In this document: one piece after another, positions 9,405 to 18,355 of the stretch | Layout of the letters: each line of letters begins with the position of its first letter | Position numbering within the stretch: the first letter of the stretch is position 1 | NCBI GenBank assembly: GCA_963663865.1 | Contig: OY760686.1 | Coordinates: 2,464,001 to 2,528,000, forward strand | DNA from: Spirochaetota bacterium | GTDB lineage: Bacteria > Spirochaetota > UBA4802 > UBA5550 | Reading direction: 5' to 3' | Length of the DNA: 64,000 bases | Made by a program: the position numbers and the translations under genes | The notes under the pieces: generated by a model | The model's input: the letters and a program-made list of their open reading frames with translations, nothing else | Told to the model about the DNA's origin: nothing | Database searches by the model: none

Positions 9405-11246
9405 ATGATAAAGGCAATCAATCTATCAAAATCCTTCGGCGAACAGGAATTATTTAACTCTGTAAACTTCGCAATCGGCACCGGAGAGCGCGCTGGCCTT
9501 ATCGGCAGAAACGGCCACGGCAAAACAACCCTCCTGCGCATAATCACCGGAGAAGACCATCCGGACTCAGGAGAAATATCCAGGCCGCGCGGCTACACCC
9601 TCGGCTTCGTTAGACAGCATATCGGCTTCTCCGGTTCCACAATTATTGAAGAGGCCTGCAGCGGCCTGCCCGTCCACATGAAGGACGAAAAATGGAGGGC
9701 AGAGAAAATTCTTGCCGGACTCGGCTTTTCGCAGAGTGATTTTCTCAGACATCCGTCAGAATTCTCGGGAGGATTTCAGGTAAGGCTCAACCTCGCGTCA
9801 GTCCTTGTTTCAGAACCGGACATGCTTCTTCTTGACGAACCCACCAACTACCTGGATGTAGTGTCAATCAGATGGCTTTCCTCTTTTTTAAAACAGTGGA
9901 AAGGCGAACTTCTCCTTATAACTCACGACAGGCATTTCATGGACAGCGTAATCACGCATGTCCTAGGAATCCACAGACAGAAGATACGAAAGATGGCGGG
10001 CTCTACCGAAAAATACTACGAACAAATTGTAAAAGAAGAGGAGATTTACGAAAAAACCCGTCTCAACGACGAAAAAAAACGCAAGGAGACTGAGCTCTTC
10101 ATAACCCGATTCAGGGCGAAAGCGCGTCTTGCAGGCATGGTTCAGTCCCGAATCAAGGCGCTTGACCGCATGGAGAAAATGGACAGGCTCGACAAAATAA
10201 AGTCGCTGGACTTCTCCTTTAGCTACCTGCCCTCACAGAGCAAAACCGCGCTGCACGTAAAAGACCTGACCTTCGGTTACGCCGATATCCCACTCATAAA
10301 AGATCTTACTTTCTCCGTAAGCAGGACCGACCGGATATGCGTCATCGGAAAAAACGGCAAGGGAAAATCCACGCTGCTGAAGCTTTTAGCAGGCGTGCTG
10401 AGCCCACGGAGCGGAGAGTTGCTCTTTCATCCCGACACCTCCATTGGTTACTACGCTCAGACCAATGTTTCCACGCTCAACGAAAAGCTCACAATTGAAG
10501 AGGAGATATGCACAGCCGGATGTGAAAAGCAGCAGGCCAGAAACATCGCGGGAGCCATGATGTTCGAAGGAGACGCGGCGCTGAAGCCGGTCAGCGTGCT
10601 TTCCGGAGGCGAGAAGAGCCGGGTCATGCTGGGAAAAATACTTGTTTCACCTTCAAACCTTCTGCTTCTCGACGAGCCGACCAACCACCTTGACATGGAT
10701 TCATGCGACGCGTTTCTCGCCGCTGTCGACGATTTTGACGGGGCCTGCATAGTTGTTACACACAACGAGATGTTCCTGCACTCCCTCGCGAACCGCTTCA
10801 TCGTTTTCGGTGAAACCGGCATAACCGTGTTTGAGGGAACATATTCGCAGTTTCTTGAAAAAATCGGGTGGGAGGATGAGGCCGTCCGTGACGGCGGCAG
10901 ACAGAAAAACAGCGGGCAGCCCGGACGAAAGGAGACCCGAAAACTGAAAGCGGACCTGTTAAAAAGGAAAACCTCTGAACTAAAACCGCTTGAAGAGAGC
11001 ATCGCCAGAATCGAATCCGATATCATCTTCAACGAGGAGCGTACCGAAAAGATTACGGAAGAAATACTTGTACTCTCACAGCAGGGCAACGGAAACGGCG
11101 AGGCAATCGCGTCCCTTTCCAGGGAGCTGCACAGCCTGAAACATGAAAATGCATCCCTCTACGAAGAGCTTGACGCAGTCACCAGAGAGCAAGGGAGACT
11201 TTCAGCGCTCTTTGACAGTGAACTGGAAGCCCTCGATCAGCCCTGA
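9405..11246 (+). CDS. ABC-F family ATPase (ribosome-associated)
   Basis: Two ABC cassettes (GRNGHGKTT/FSGGF/LLLDEPTN and GKNGKGKST/LSGGE/LLLDEPTN), no TM segments, C-terminal coiled coil; likely start ATG 9405. Confidence 0.92.
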   Translation: MIKAINLSKSFGEQELFNSVNFAIGTGERAGLIGRNGHGKTTLLRIITGEDHPDSGEISRPRGYTLGFVRQHIGFSGSTIIEEACSGLPVHMKDEKWRAEKILAGLGFSQSDFLRHPSEFSGGFQVRLNLASVLVSEPDMLLLDEPTNYLDVVSIRWLSSFLKQWKGELLLITHDRHFMDSVITHVLGIHRQKIRKMAGSTEKYYEQIVKEEEIYEKTRLNDEKKRKETELFITRFRAKARLAGMVQSRIKALDRMEKMDRLDKIKSLDFSFSYLPSQSKTALHVKDLTFGYADIPLIKDLTFSVSRTDRICVIGKNGKGKSTLLKLLAGVLSPRSGELLFHPDTSIGYYAQTNVSTLNEKLTIEEEICTAGCEKQQARNIAGAMMFEGDAALKPVSVLSGGEKSRVMLGKILVSPSNLLLLDEPTNHLDMDSCDAFLAAVDDFDGACIVVTHNEMFLHSLANRFIVFGETGITVFEGTYSQFLEKIGWEDEAVRDGGRQKNSGQPGRKETRKLKADLLKRKTSELKPLEESIARIESDIIFNEERTEKITEEILVLSQQGNGNGEAIASLSRELHSLKHENASLYEELDAVTREQGRLSALFDSELEALDQP

Positions 11247-11491
11247 GGCCTGCCGCCTTTCACGGCGGCAGTAATAATTCTCTCCATCTTACCGGGGGCT
11301 TCAGCAAACACACCCGCAAGCTCCTCGCAAGTAAAGCACTCGGAAAGATAGGCGTCAATATCCAGCCTTTCGAACCAGCAGTCCCTTATGCGGCGGCACA
11401 TGCTCCCGGTAGCGCCGGTCCGGCAGTACCGGAACGGCACATCGTTACCGAGCATGCGGCAGTATACTTCCATCTTGTCGTATCTCAGCAT
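11237..11491 (-). CDS. Small 4-Cys hypothetical protein
   Basis: YCRMLG...FRYCR...MCRRIRDCW; SD AGGTGG; directly downstream of trpB2. Confidence 0.65.
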   Translation of the reverse strand: MLRYDKMEVYCRMLGNDVPFRYCRTGATGSMCRRIRDCWFERLDIDAYLSECFTCEELAGVFAEAPGKMERIITAAVKGGRPQG

Positions 11492-11519
11492 ATTGCCACC
11501 TGAGAGCCAGCTCCGCTAA

Positions 11520-12905
11520 CTACCACTTTCCTGTCTTTCTCAACGGAGCCTCCGGATGAGCGGCAAGCTTTTCAGCCAGCTGATGTATCTTTTCCTCGGA
11601 AGGCTCATGATCGATCAGGCTTCCGCTCAGGTACTTCTCATAGCCGGCAAGGTCCATTAGTCCATGACCCGAAAGATTGAATACAATTACCCTTTCTTTT
11701 CCTTCTTCTTTCGCTTCATTTGCCTTTCTTATAGTTGCCGCAATTGCGTGGCTTGTTTCGGGAGCGACAATAATACCCTCGGTTCGCGCGAAAGTGAGCG
11801 CAGCCTTATAGCACTCGTTTTGATGTATAGCCATAGGAGTCATGAGCCCCTCGACAACGGCCTGTGATACGAGCGGAGACATCCCGTGATATCTTAGCCC
11901 GCCGGCATGTATCGCTTCCGGAACATAGTCATGGCCAAGCGAATGCATCGCCATAAGTGGAGTCATTTTTGCTATATCTCCGTGATCGTATACGAATGGC
12001 GCCCTCGTCATGGTCGGGCACGATGCCGGCTCAACGGGTATTATCTCAATATCCTGACCGTTTATTTTATCGTACGCGAACGGGAACGCGATTCCGGCGA
12101 AATTACTTCCCCCGCCCGCGCAGCCGATTATCGTATCGACCTTTTTCTCTCCGATCTTGGCGAGCTGCTTTTTAACCTCAAGCCCAATTATCGTCTGATG
12201 AAGCATTACGTGATTCAAAACGCTTCCGAGGGCATATCTTGTCCCGCCGGTTGTGTCAGAGACAGCCGCTTCTACGGCCTCGCTTATCGCTATTCCAAGG
12301 CTTCCCGGAGTATCAGGGTGGCTTTCCAGAACGGCCCTGCCTGCAGCGGTATCCATGCTGGGGCTTGCGACGCACTTTCCTCCCCAGGTCTCCATCATCA
12401 TCTTCCGGAAAGGTTTCTGGTCAAAGCTGATCCGCACCATGAACACCTTGCACTCCATTCCGAGAAGGGAACATGCGAACGAAAGAGCGCTTCCCCACTG
12501 CCCGGCCCCGGTTTCAGTGGTTAGCTTTTTGATTCCGAACTCCCTGTTGTACCATGCCTGCGCTACGGCCGTGTTCGGCTTGTGGCTTCCCGCGGGAGAA
12601 ACACTCTCATTCTTGAAGTATATTTTCGCCGGTGTGCCGAGGTACTTTTCAAGATGAACAGCCCTCTGCAGAGGCGTAGGCCTCCATCGGTAGAGAAGCT
12701 CAAGTATCCCTTCCGGAATATCAATCCATCTCTCCTGGCTCACTTCCTGTTCAATAAGGTTCATCGGGAAAACCGGTGCAAGCTGATCCGGCGTGACAGG
12801 ATTGCCGTCCGGCCCGAGATAGGGCAGTATCTTCGTGGGAAGATCAGCAGCGATATTATACCACTGCCTCGGCATTTCATCTTCTTCAAGAAAAATCTTA
12901 TTCAT
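11520..12905 (-). CDS. trpB: Tryptophan synthase beta chain 2 (TrpB-like PLP enzyme)
   Basis: GSHKPNTA (PLP Lys), TETGAGQWG, GGGSNFAG, HAGGLRYHG: TrpB2 subfamily signatures; no trpA adjacent. Confidence 0.93.
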   Translation of the reverse strand: MNKIFLEEDEMPRQWYNIAADLPTKILPYLGPDGNPVTPDQLAPVFPMNLIEQEVSQERWIDIPEGILELLYRWRPTPLQRAVHLEKYLGTPAKIYFKNESVSPAGSHKPNTAVAQAWYNREFGIKKLTTETGAGQWGSALSFACSLLGMECKVFMVRISFDQKPFRKMMMETWGGKCVASPSMDTAAGRAVLESHPDTPGSLGIAISEAVEAAVSDTTGGTRYALGSVLNHVMLHQTIIGLEVKKQLAKIGEKKVDTIIGCAGGGSNFAGIAFPFAYDKINGQDIEIIPVEPASCPTMTRAPFVYDHGDIAKMTPLMAMHSLGHDYVPEAIHAGGLRYHGMSPLVSQAVVEGLMTPMAIHQNECYKAALTFARTEGIIVAPETSHAIAATIRKANEAKEEGKERVIVFNLSGHGLMDLAGYEKYLSGSLIDHEPSEEKIHQLAEKLAAHPEAPLRKTGKW

Positions 12906-12989
12906 GTCTCTCTCCTTATTTTCACGCGCTGCAGCCGCGCGGATTTAGCAGATTTTGCTGCTGAAATCAGGCTGATTTTCTGATTCAGC

Positions 12990-13280
12990 TCACGGTTTGC
13001 GCTTATTGCGGTACCTTTTCAGCATATACCACAGGGCAGATTTCTCATCCTTCAGCTCGCGCGATCCCCTTGTGATTTTGCACAGGCTAACGCCGAGCAG
13101 CGAGGCAATCTTTCTCTGCGGAGTCCCATCCTCCAGAAGCTTCAAAATCTCCCATCTTGAGGATATGCCTCTGATCTCCGCAGGCGTAAGGACCTTCAAC
13201 AGAAAATCCTCTATTTTTTGCGGGTCTCTCACAGACGCCAGCACTTCAGCCATCTCATTGAGCCTGTACAGATCGCGCAT
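12990..13280 (-). CDS. trpR: Trp repressor family protein
   Basis: LTPAE...RWEILKLL..GTPQRKIASLLGVSLCKITRGSRELK; SD GAGGTG before ATG 13280. Confidence 0.85.
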   Translation of the reverse strand: MRDLYRLNEMAEVLASVRDPQKIEDFLLKVLTPAEIRGISSRWEILKLLEDGTPQRKIASLLGVSLCKITRGSRELKDEKSALWYMLKRYRNKRKP

Positions 13281-13303
13281 CACACCTCGCTCCACTCGTT
13301 AAC

Positions 13304-13321
13304 GTTTCTATATATAGAAAC
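13304..13321. promoter_or_regulatory. Candidate TrpR operator (perfect 18-bp palindrome)
   Basis: GTTTCTATATATAGAAAC between a minus-strand TTGACA (13339-13344) and the trpR start. Confidence 0.55.
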
Positions 13322-13485
13322 ACAACAGGCGGAAAAAATGTCAAGAACTTTTGCAATCTCCCGTCAGCTGCGCCCCTCATTCTTAATACTTGACATATTC
13401 CCGCAGTGCAGGATAAACTGTCTACCAAACAGGGCACCAAACGCTTGCGTTTACGAAATACTTGAGATATAACAGGGAGATTCCT

Positions 13486-14985
13486 ATGAAGAGAATTCTT
13501 TTTGCACTTACGCCGCTGCTGCTGATTATGGCGTCAATGGCTCCGCTCATTGCCTCAGCAGAAACAGCGCCTGCCGGGACACCGCACGCGCTTGAAGCTT
13601 CAGCCGATTCACATCATGAATCCGGAACAGACGCCCACCACGGAGCTCCGCACATTGACGGCACGAAAATGAATGTTCTCTGGGCCATTCCTTTCATTGG
13701 AATCCTTCTGTCAATAGCCCTTTTCCCGCTTCTGAAACCAGGCTTCTGGCATCATCACTATGGCAAGGTTTCGCTGTTCTGGGGAGTTCTCTTTTTTATT
13801 CTGTTTACGGTCTTTTACGGGCCGGGAGTCAGCTTCTTTTATCTTTTAGAAACCTATCTGCTTGAGTTTCTGCCCTTTATCATGCTTCTCCTGGCGCTCT
13901 TTACTGTAGCCGGAGGAATACGCCTCAAGGGCGAGATGACTGGTACACCCGCTCTGAACACGCTCCTCATTCTTATAGGAACTGTGCTCGCCAGCTGGAT
14001 GGGAACCACCGGCGCCGCGATGCTGATGATCAGACCGATACTGAGGGCAAATTCCTGGAGAAAGCACCGTGTGCACGTTGTAGTTTTCTTTATTTTCCTT
14101 GTAGCAAATATTGGAGGATCGCTCACCCCGCTGGGAGACCCGCCTCTCTTTCTGGGCTTTCTTAAAGGCGTAAGCTTCTTCTGGACGACAACGCATATGC
14201 TGCCCCCGATGCTGGCCGCTTCTGCCATTCTGCTGGCGGTGTTTTTTATAATGGATACATTCTATTACAGGAAAGAGACAAACAAGCCGGCACCCTCGCC
14301 TGAGTCAGGAAAGCTTTCAATTAAGGGCAAGGCCAACATTCTGCTCATCCCAATGATTACGGGATCTGTGCTCGCTTCGAGCCTCGACCTCGGCACCGCA
14401 TTCACCCTGCACCACGTAGCCATGCCGGCGGCATCGCTGCTGCAGATAGTACTTCTGCTCAGCATAACGCTGCTGTCCCTGCTGATCACAAGTAAAGAGG
14501 TAAGAAAGGGCAACGAATTCAACTGGGAACCGATTCTCGAGGTTGCCAAACTCTTCGCAACCATCTTCATCACAATGGTTCCGCCGATCACAATGCTCAG
14601 AGCCGGCGCAAACGGGCCTCTCGGCGCAGTAATAAGGGGAGTTGTCGACAACAGCGGCGAGTTTATCAATTCACATTTCTTCTGGGCAACCGGGCTTCTT
14701 TCGAGCTTCCTTGACAATGCCCCGACTTATGTCGTCTTTTTCAACACAGCCGGCGGCGACGCGGCAAGCCTTATGAGCACTCACGCGGGAACGCTTCTCG
14801 CGATCAGCGCCGGCGCCGTTTTCATGGGCGCTAACACATACATAGGCAATGCCCCGAATTTCATGGTGAAATCAATAGCTGAACAGTCGGGAATAGCTAT
14901 GCCGAGCTTTTTTGGATACCTTATCAAGTATTCATTGACCATACTTATTCCGACCTTTCTTGTCATCACACTGCTGTTCTTTTGA
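13486..14985 (+). CDS. Sodium:proton antiporter-like membrane protein (IT superfamily, CitMHS_2/NhaD-like)
   Basis: ASWMGTTGA, ANIGGSLTPLGDPPLFLG, SSFLDNAPTY, GANTYIGNAPNFMVK; His-rich N-terminal segment. Confidence 0.82.
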   Translation: MKRILFALTPLLLIMASMAPLIASAETAPAGTPHALEASADSHHESGTDAHHGAPHIDGTKMNVLWAIPFIGILLSIALFPLLKPGFWHHHYGKVSLFWGVLFFILFTVFYGPGVSFFYLLETYLLEFLPFIMLLLALFTVAGGIRLKGEMTGTPALNTLLILIGTVLASWMGTTGAAMLMIRPILRANSWRKHRVHVVVFFIFLVANIGGSLTPLGDPPLFLGFLKGVSFFWTTTHMLPPMLAASAILLAVFFIMDTFYYRKETNKPAPSPESGKLSIKGKANILLIPMITGSVLASSLDLGTAFTLHHVAMPAASLLQIVLLLSITLLSLLITSKEVRKGNEFNWEPILEVAKLFATIFITMVPPITMLRAGANGPLGAVIRGVVDNSGEFINSHFFWATGLLSSFLDNAPTYVVFFNTAGGDAASLMSTHAGTLLAISAGAVFMGANTYIGNAPNFMVKSIAEQSGIAMPSFFGYLIKYSLTILIPTFLVITLLFF

Positions 14986-14994
14986 CATGATTCC

Positions 14995-15021
14995 GTATGG
15001 GCCTCTTCAAGAGGCCCATAC
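14995..15021 (+). terminator. Stem-loop after the antiporter gene
   Basis: GTATGGGCCTCTT-C-AAGAGGCCCATAC; weak U tail. Confidence 0.55.
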
Positions 15022-15112
15022 TTAAACAGCTGATATTTCGCTTATTTTATGATAAGATACTGCCTGTTTCTTACCGAGAAAGTAAGGGATAACCTTTTTC
15101 CTGGATATAAAT

Positions 15113-18100
15113 ATGACTGCAAAAACAAAATCGCTGATTACGGGGCTTATTTTGTTTTCCGCCCTGCTGGGAGCGTACCTTTACTTCAGGCCCGAACTCG
15201 CGGAGAGACTCCGGGCCTTCGCAGTGCTGCCCGCTGCCGATGACAGATTACGCATGGGGCTGGAAATACTGCTCTTATTCCTTATAGCTGTGATTTTTGC
15301 ATCGGTCTCGTTTCTCTTTTACAGAAAGGGCACTGAACCGGCTGGAAGCGAAGACATCGCGGACGGCAGCATCAAAAAAATGACATCAATTAAAGCCGCA
15401 GAACCTGACACCCTTCCCCGCGGTAACGACGACAGCGATATTGAAAGTTTTATTATACAGGAGCTCAACGCTCTTTATTCAAAGTTCAAGCCTTCGGCCT
15501 CTGTTCTCTACCTCTCCGCCGGTGACAGCATTTACGTCAAAGCCGTAAGCGTTTCAAAATCAGATATTGACTCTCCAGTCAAGGAGGCTCTGACTTTCGA
15601 CAGCGAGATAATCAATGAGATGCTGGAGGCAAAGTATCTGCTAAGCGGCGCCGGACATACAATCCATGTTCCATTCTTTTCGCAAGGCGCAGCCCTTGGA
15701 ATAGTTACCCTTATCAATCCGGAGGGCATCGCCTCCGGCGGCCTCAAGAGCATTTCCGGGTTGTGTTCAGCGGCCGGCTTAAAAATAGCCGATTTTCTGG
15801 AATCCAATGGTCATGTTGTCGTGGGGGGGGATATAGACTCTCCATTCGCACTGAGACTCAAGCTGAAAAAGTCTGAATTTCTCAAAAAGACTACCGGCCG
15901 GCCTTTCTCAGTGATGCTGATCGAAACAGAATCTGCCGGGGCAGACACGATATCCGCTGAAAGTATTTACAGAGCTCTTCCTGAAATTCTTTATTCAATG
16001 GGCATCAGGGCCTCAGTCTCCCTCAATGAAAGGAGTGCTGTTATTCTTCTTCCATACTCAGCTTCTGAAGCAGAAAAGACGGCGCATCCCGTAATTGAAA
16101 AGCTATACAAAACCCATGAATTCCCGGAAGATGAAAGCATCAGTTTTATCTTCGGCATCTCATCGCCATACTCGCTCTCATCCTCTGAAGCCTACAGCAG
16201 CGCGTTGGAAGACCTTGCCAGCGGCAAAAACTGCTGCTCCCCTGCCCCAAAGGTTGAGGAAGCGAAGATGACCTCAAAGGAAAATATCAGCAATGACAAT
16301 ACTGTTGCAGAACCGGTGCTCAATCCAAAAACAAAAGTAAATGAAACGCCCGGGGATGAACCTGCCGAACAGACAGAGCCCGCAAAGGACATCGAGGGCC
16401 CTACTGTAAAACCAAAAAAGGAAAAGTCAAAGCCTGCTGGAGACAGCCATTTAAACAATCCGGAAGTCCTTTCCTCCAACGGCCGTCGGATAAGGGCAAC
16501 CATTGGAGCAAAGATGATTACCATCATCTCGCTGGTAATAATATCATCCCTTTCGCTAATGACTTTTCTCGCGACTCATTTTTTCATGCAGGACAACGAA
16601 ATAAGAATCAAGGAAAGCAACCACCAGATATCCGAGATTATCGCTGAAAAGGTTAAAACCGACTTCGACTCAATAATTGAAAAATCCCGATACATAGCGC
16701 GCGGAATTTTGGACGAAAAGCCCGTTTCTCTGGAAGATTCCGAACTCTCTGAAAGGCTTTTTCCCTCAGAAAAGAACATCATACTTGTCGCGACGGCTGT
16801 GAAAACCGGGAAAGGCATAAAAATACAAAACGGACTCCTTAACACGAACCTTGCCTCTTCCATGGGAATATCGGCAAAAGCTGTATCTGAATACTTCGAA
16901 TCCTCATCTGAAGTTTTTCTTCCGGTATTTAAAACACAAGACACAGTCACAAACATTTCACCCGCGTTCAAACAGGAAGTCATTGCAGTTTCCGTGCCGT
17001 ATCTCAGAAAGTCGGCTGCCGAAGCGGAATCAATACTGATTGTATTCGTAAACAACGCAAGATTTACTGAAGCGGTAAGCAAGCCCGGTATAACTCGTTC
17101 ATTTATCGCTTCAGTCTCCGGAGATATAATAGCTCATTACAACAGCAGCCTGACCCTTGCCGGAGTCAACTACTCCAACTTCCCGATGGTCAAAATCATG
17201 GCAGAAAGTCCAGTTGATAACAGCCAGACATCCTACTCCGACGAAAAAGGCGTGACCTACCTGGGCTCATTTAAAAAGATCGGTTTCGCGGGAATAGGCG
17301 TAATAACCACCGTTGTGAGAGACGACGTTTTCAGCGCCGCTTACAGAATCAGGAAGCAAAACATATTTCTAACCGTTATTGTTCTGAACCTTGCCATCCT
17401 TATCATTTACTTTTTCTCAAAGACCATAACTGGGCCGATTAAACGGCTTGTTTCAGCAACGCGAGAAATTGAAAAAGGCAACTATTCTGTCAGCATCTAC
17501 AGCAAGTCAAGGGATGAAGTCGGCATGTTGACCGATTCTTTTACACGGATGAGCAAGGGGCTCTCAGAACGAGAAAAGATAAAGGATGCCTTCGGCAAGT
17601 TTGTCAACCCCGAGATAGCTGAAAAGGTCCTCAGGGATGAGATCAAGCTTGGCGGAGAAAGAAAGGATGTAGCCGTGTTCTTTTCCGACATAAGGTCGTT
17701 TACCGCTATGTCAGAAAAACTTGAACCGGAAGAGGTTGTTGAGTTTCTTAATCAGTACATGACAAGAATGGTGGAGTGCATTAACACTACAAGCGGTGTT
17801 GTAGACAAGTTTATAGGCGACGCGATAATGGCAACCTGGGGAGCGCCTGTTTCTCACGGAAACGACACTGAAAATGCAGTTAACGCCTCCCTGATGATGA
17901 GAAAAACCCTGCTTGACTTCAACAGAGACCGCGGCGATGAAAAAAAACCTCTAATCAGAATAGGCTGCGGAATTAACACCGGACCGGTTCTTGCCGGACA
18001 GATCGGCTCTCATGACAAAATGGAGTACACCGTTATAGGCGACGCTGTCAACCTCGCCTCCAGAATCGAGTCATTGAACAAACCTTTCGGCACGGATATT

Positions 18101-18355
18101 CTTATAAGCGAAGCTTCATACGGCCTTGTCAGAGACATATTCAGGGTCGAAGCGATGCAGGAAATCAAGGTTAAAGGCAAAGAAGCCACACAGAAGATAT
18201 TCGCTGTTTTGGGGCGAATGGATGATCCCGAATGTCCTGAGGACATTGGCGCGCTGCGTGAGTTGATAGGTCTTGGCGATTTCATTAAGCAGGACATTGA
18301 CGTCAACGCGGAAGAGATTAAATACGAGATAGTATCCGGAGACGCCCAGTCATGA
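15113..18355 (+). CDS. Class III adenylate cyclase: TM/GAF-like/degenerate GGDEF-like - TM - Cache - TM - HAMP - cyclase
   Basis: VFFSDIRSFT, DKFIGDAIM (ATP-specifying Lys), EYTVIGDAVNLASRIE; HAMP ITGPIKRL...DEVGMLTDSF. Confidence 0.9.
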   Translation: MTAKTKSLITGLILFSALLGAYLYFRPELAERLRAFAVLPAADDRLRMGLEILLLFLIAVIFASVSFLFYRKGTEPAGSEDIADGSIKKMTSIKAAEPDTLPRGNDDSDIESFIIQELNALYSKFKPSASVLYLSAGDSIYVKAVSVSKSDIDSPVKEALTFDSEIINEMLEAKYLLSGAGHTIHVPFFSQGAALGIVTLINPEGIASGGLKSISGLCSAAGLKIADFLESNGHVVVGGDIDSPFALRLKLKKSEFLKKTTGRPFSVMLIETESAGADTISAESIYRALPEILYSMGIRASVSLNERSAVILLPYSASEAEKTAHPVIEKLYKTHEFPEDESISFIFGISSPYSLSSSEAYSSALEDLASGKNCCSPAPKVEEAKMTSKENISNDNTVAEPVLNPKTKVNETPGDEPAEQTEPAKDIEGPTVKPKKEKSKPAGDSHLNNPEVLSSNGRRIRATIGAKMITIISLVIISSLSLMTFLATHFFMQDNEIRIKESNHQISEIIAEKVKTDFDSIIEKSRYIARGILDEKPVSLEDSELSERLFPSEKNIILVATAVKTGKGIKIQNGLLNTNLASSMGISAKAVSEYFESSSEVFLPVFKTQDTVTNISPAFKQEVIAVSVPYLRKSAAEAESILIVFVNNARFTEAVSKPGITRSFIASVSGDIIAHYNSSLTLAGVNYSNFPMVKIMAESPVDNSQTSYSDEKGVTYLGSFKKIGFAGIGVITTVVRDDVFSAAYRIRKQNIFLTVIVLNLAILIIYFFSKTITGPIKRLVSATREIEKGNYSVSIYSKSRDEVGMLTDSFTRMSKGLSEREKIKDAFGKFVNPEIAEKVLRDEIKLGGERKDVAVFFSDIRSFTAMSEKLEPEEVVEFLNQYMTRMVECINTTSGVVDKFIGDAIMATWGAPVSHGNDTENAVNASLMMRKTLLDFNRDRGDEKKPLIRIGCGINTGPVLAGQIGSHDKMEYTVIGDAVNLASRIESLNKPFGTDILISEASYGLVRDIFRVEAMQEIKVKGKEATQKIFAVLGRMDDPECPEDIGALRELIGLGDFIKQDIDVNAEEIKYEIVSGDAQS

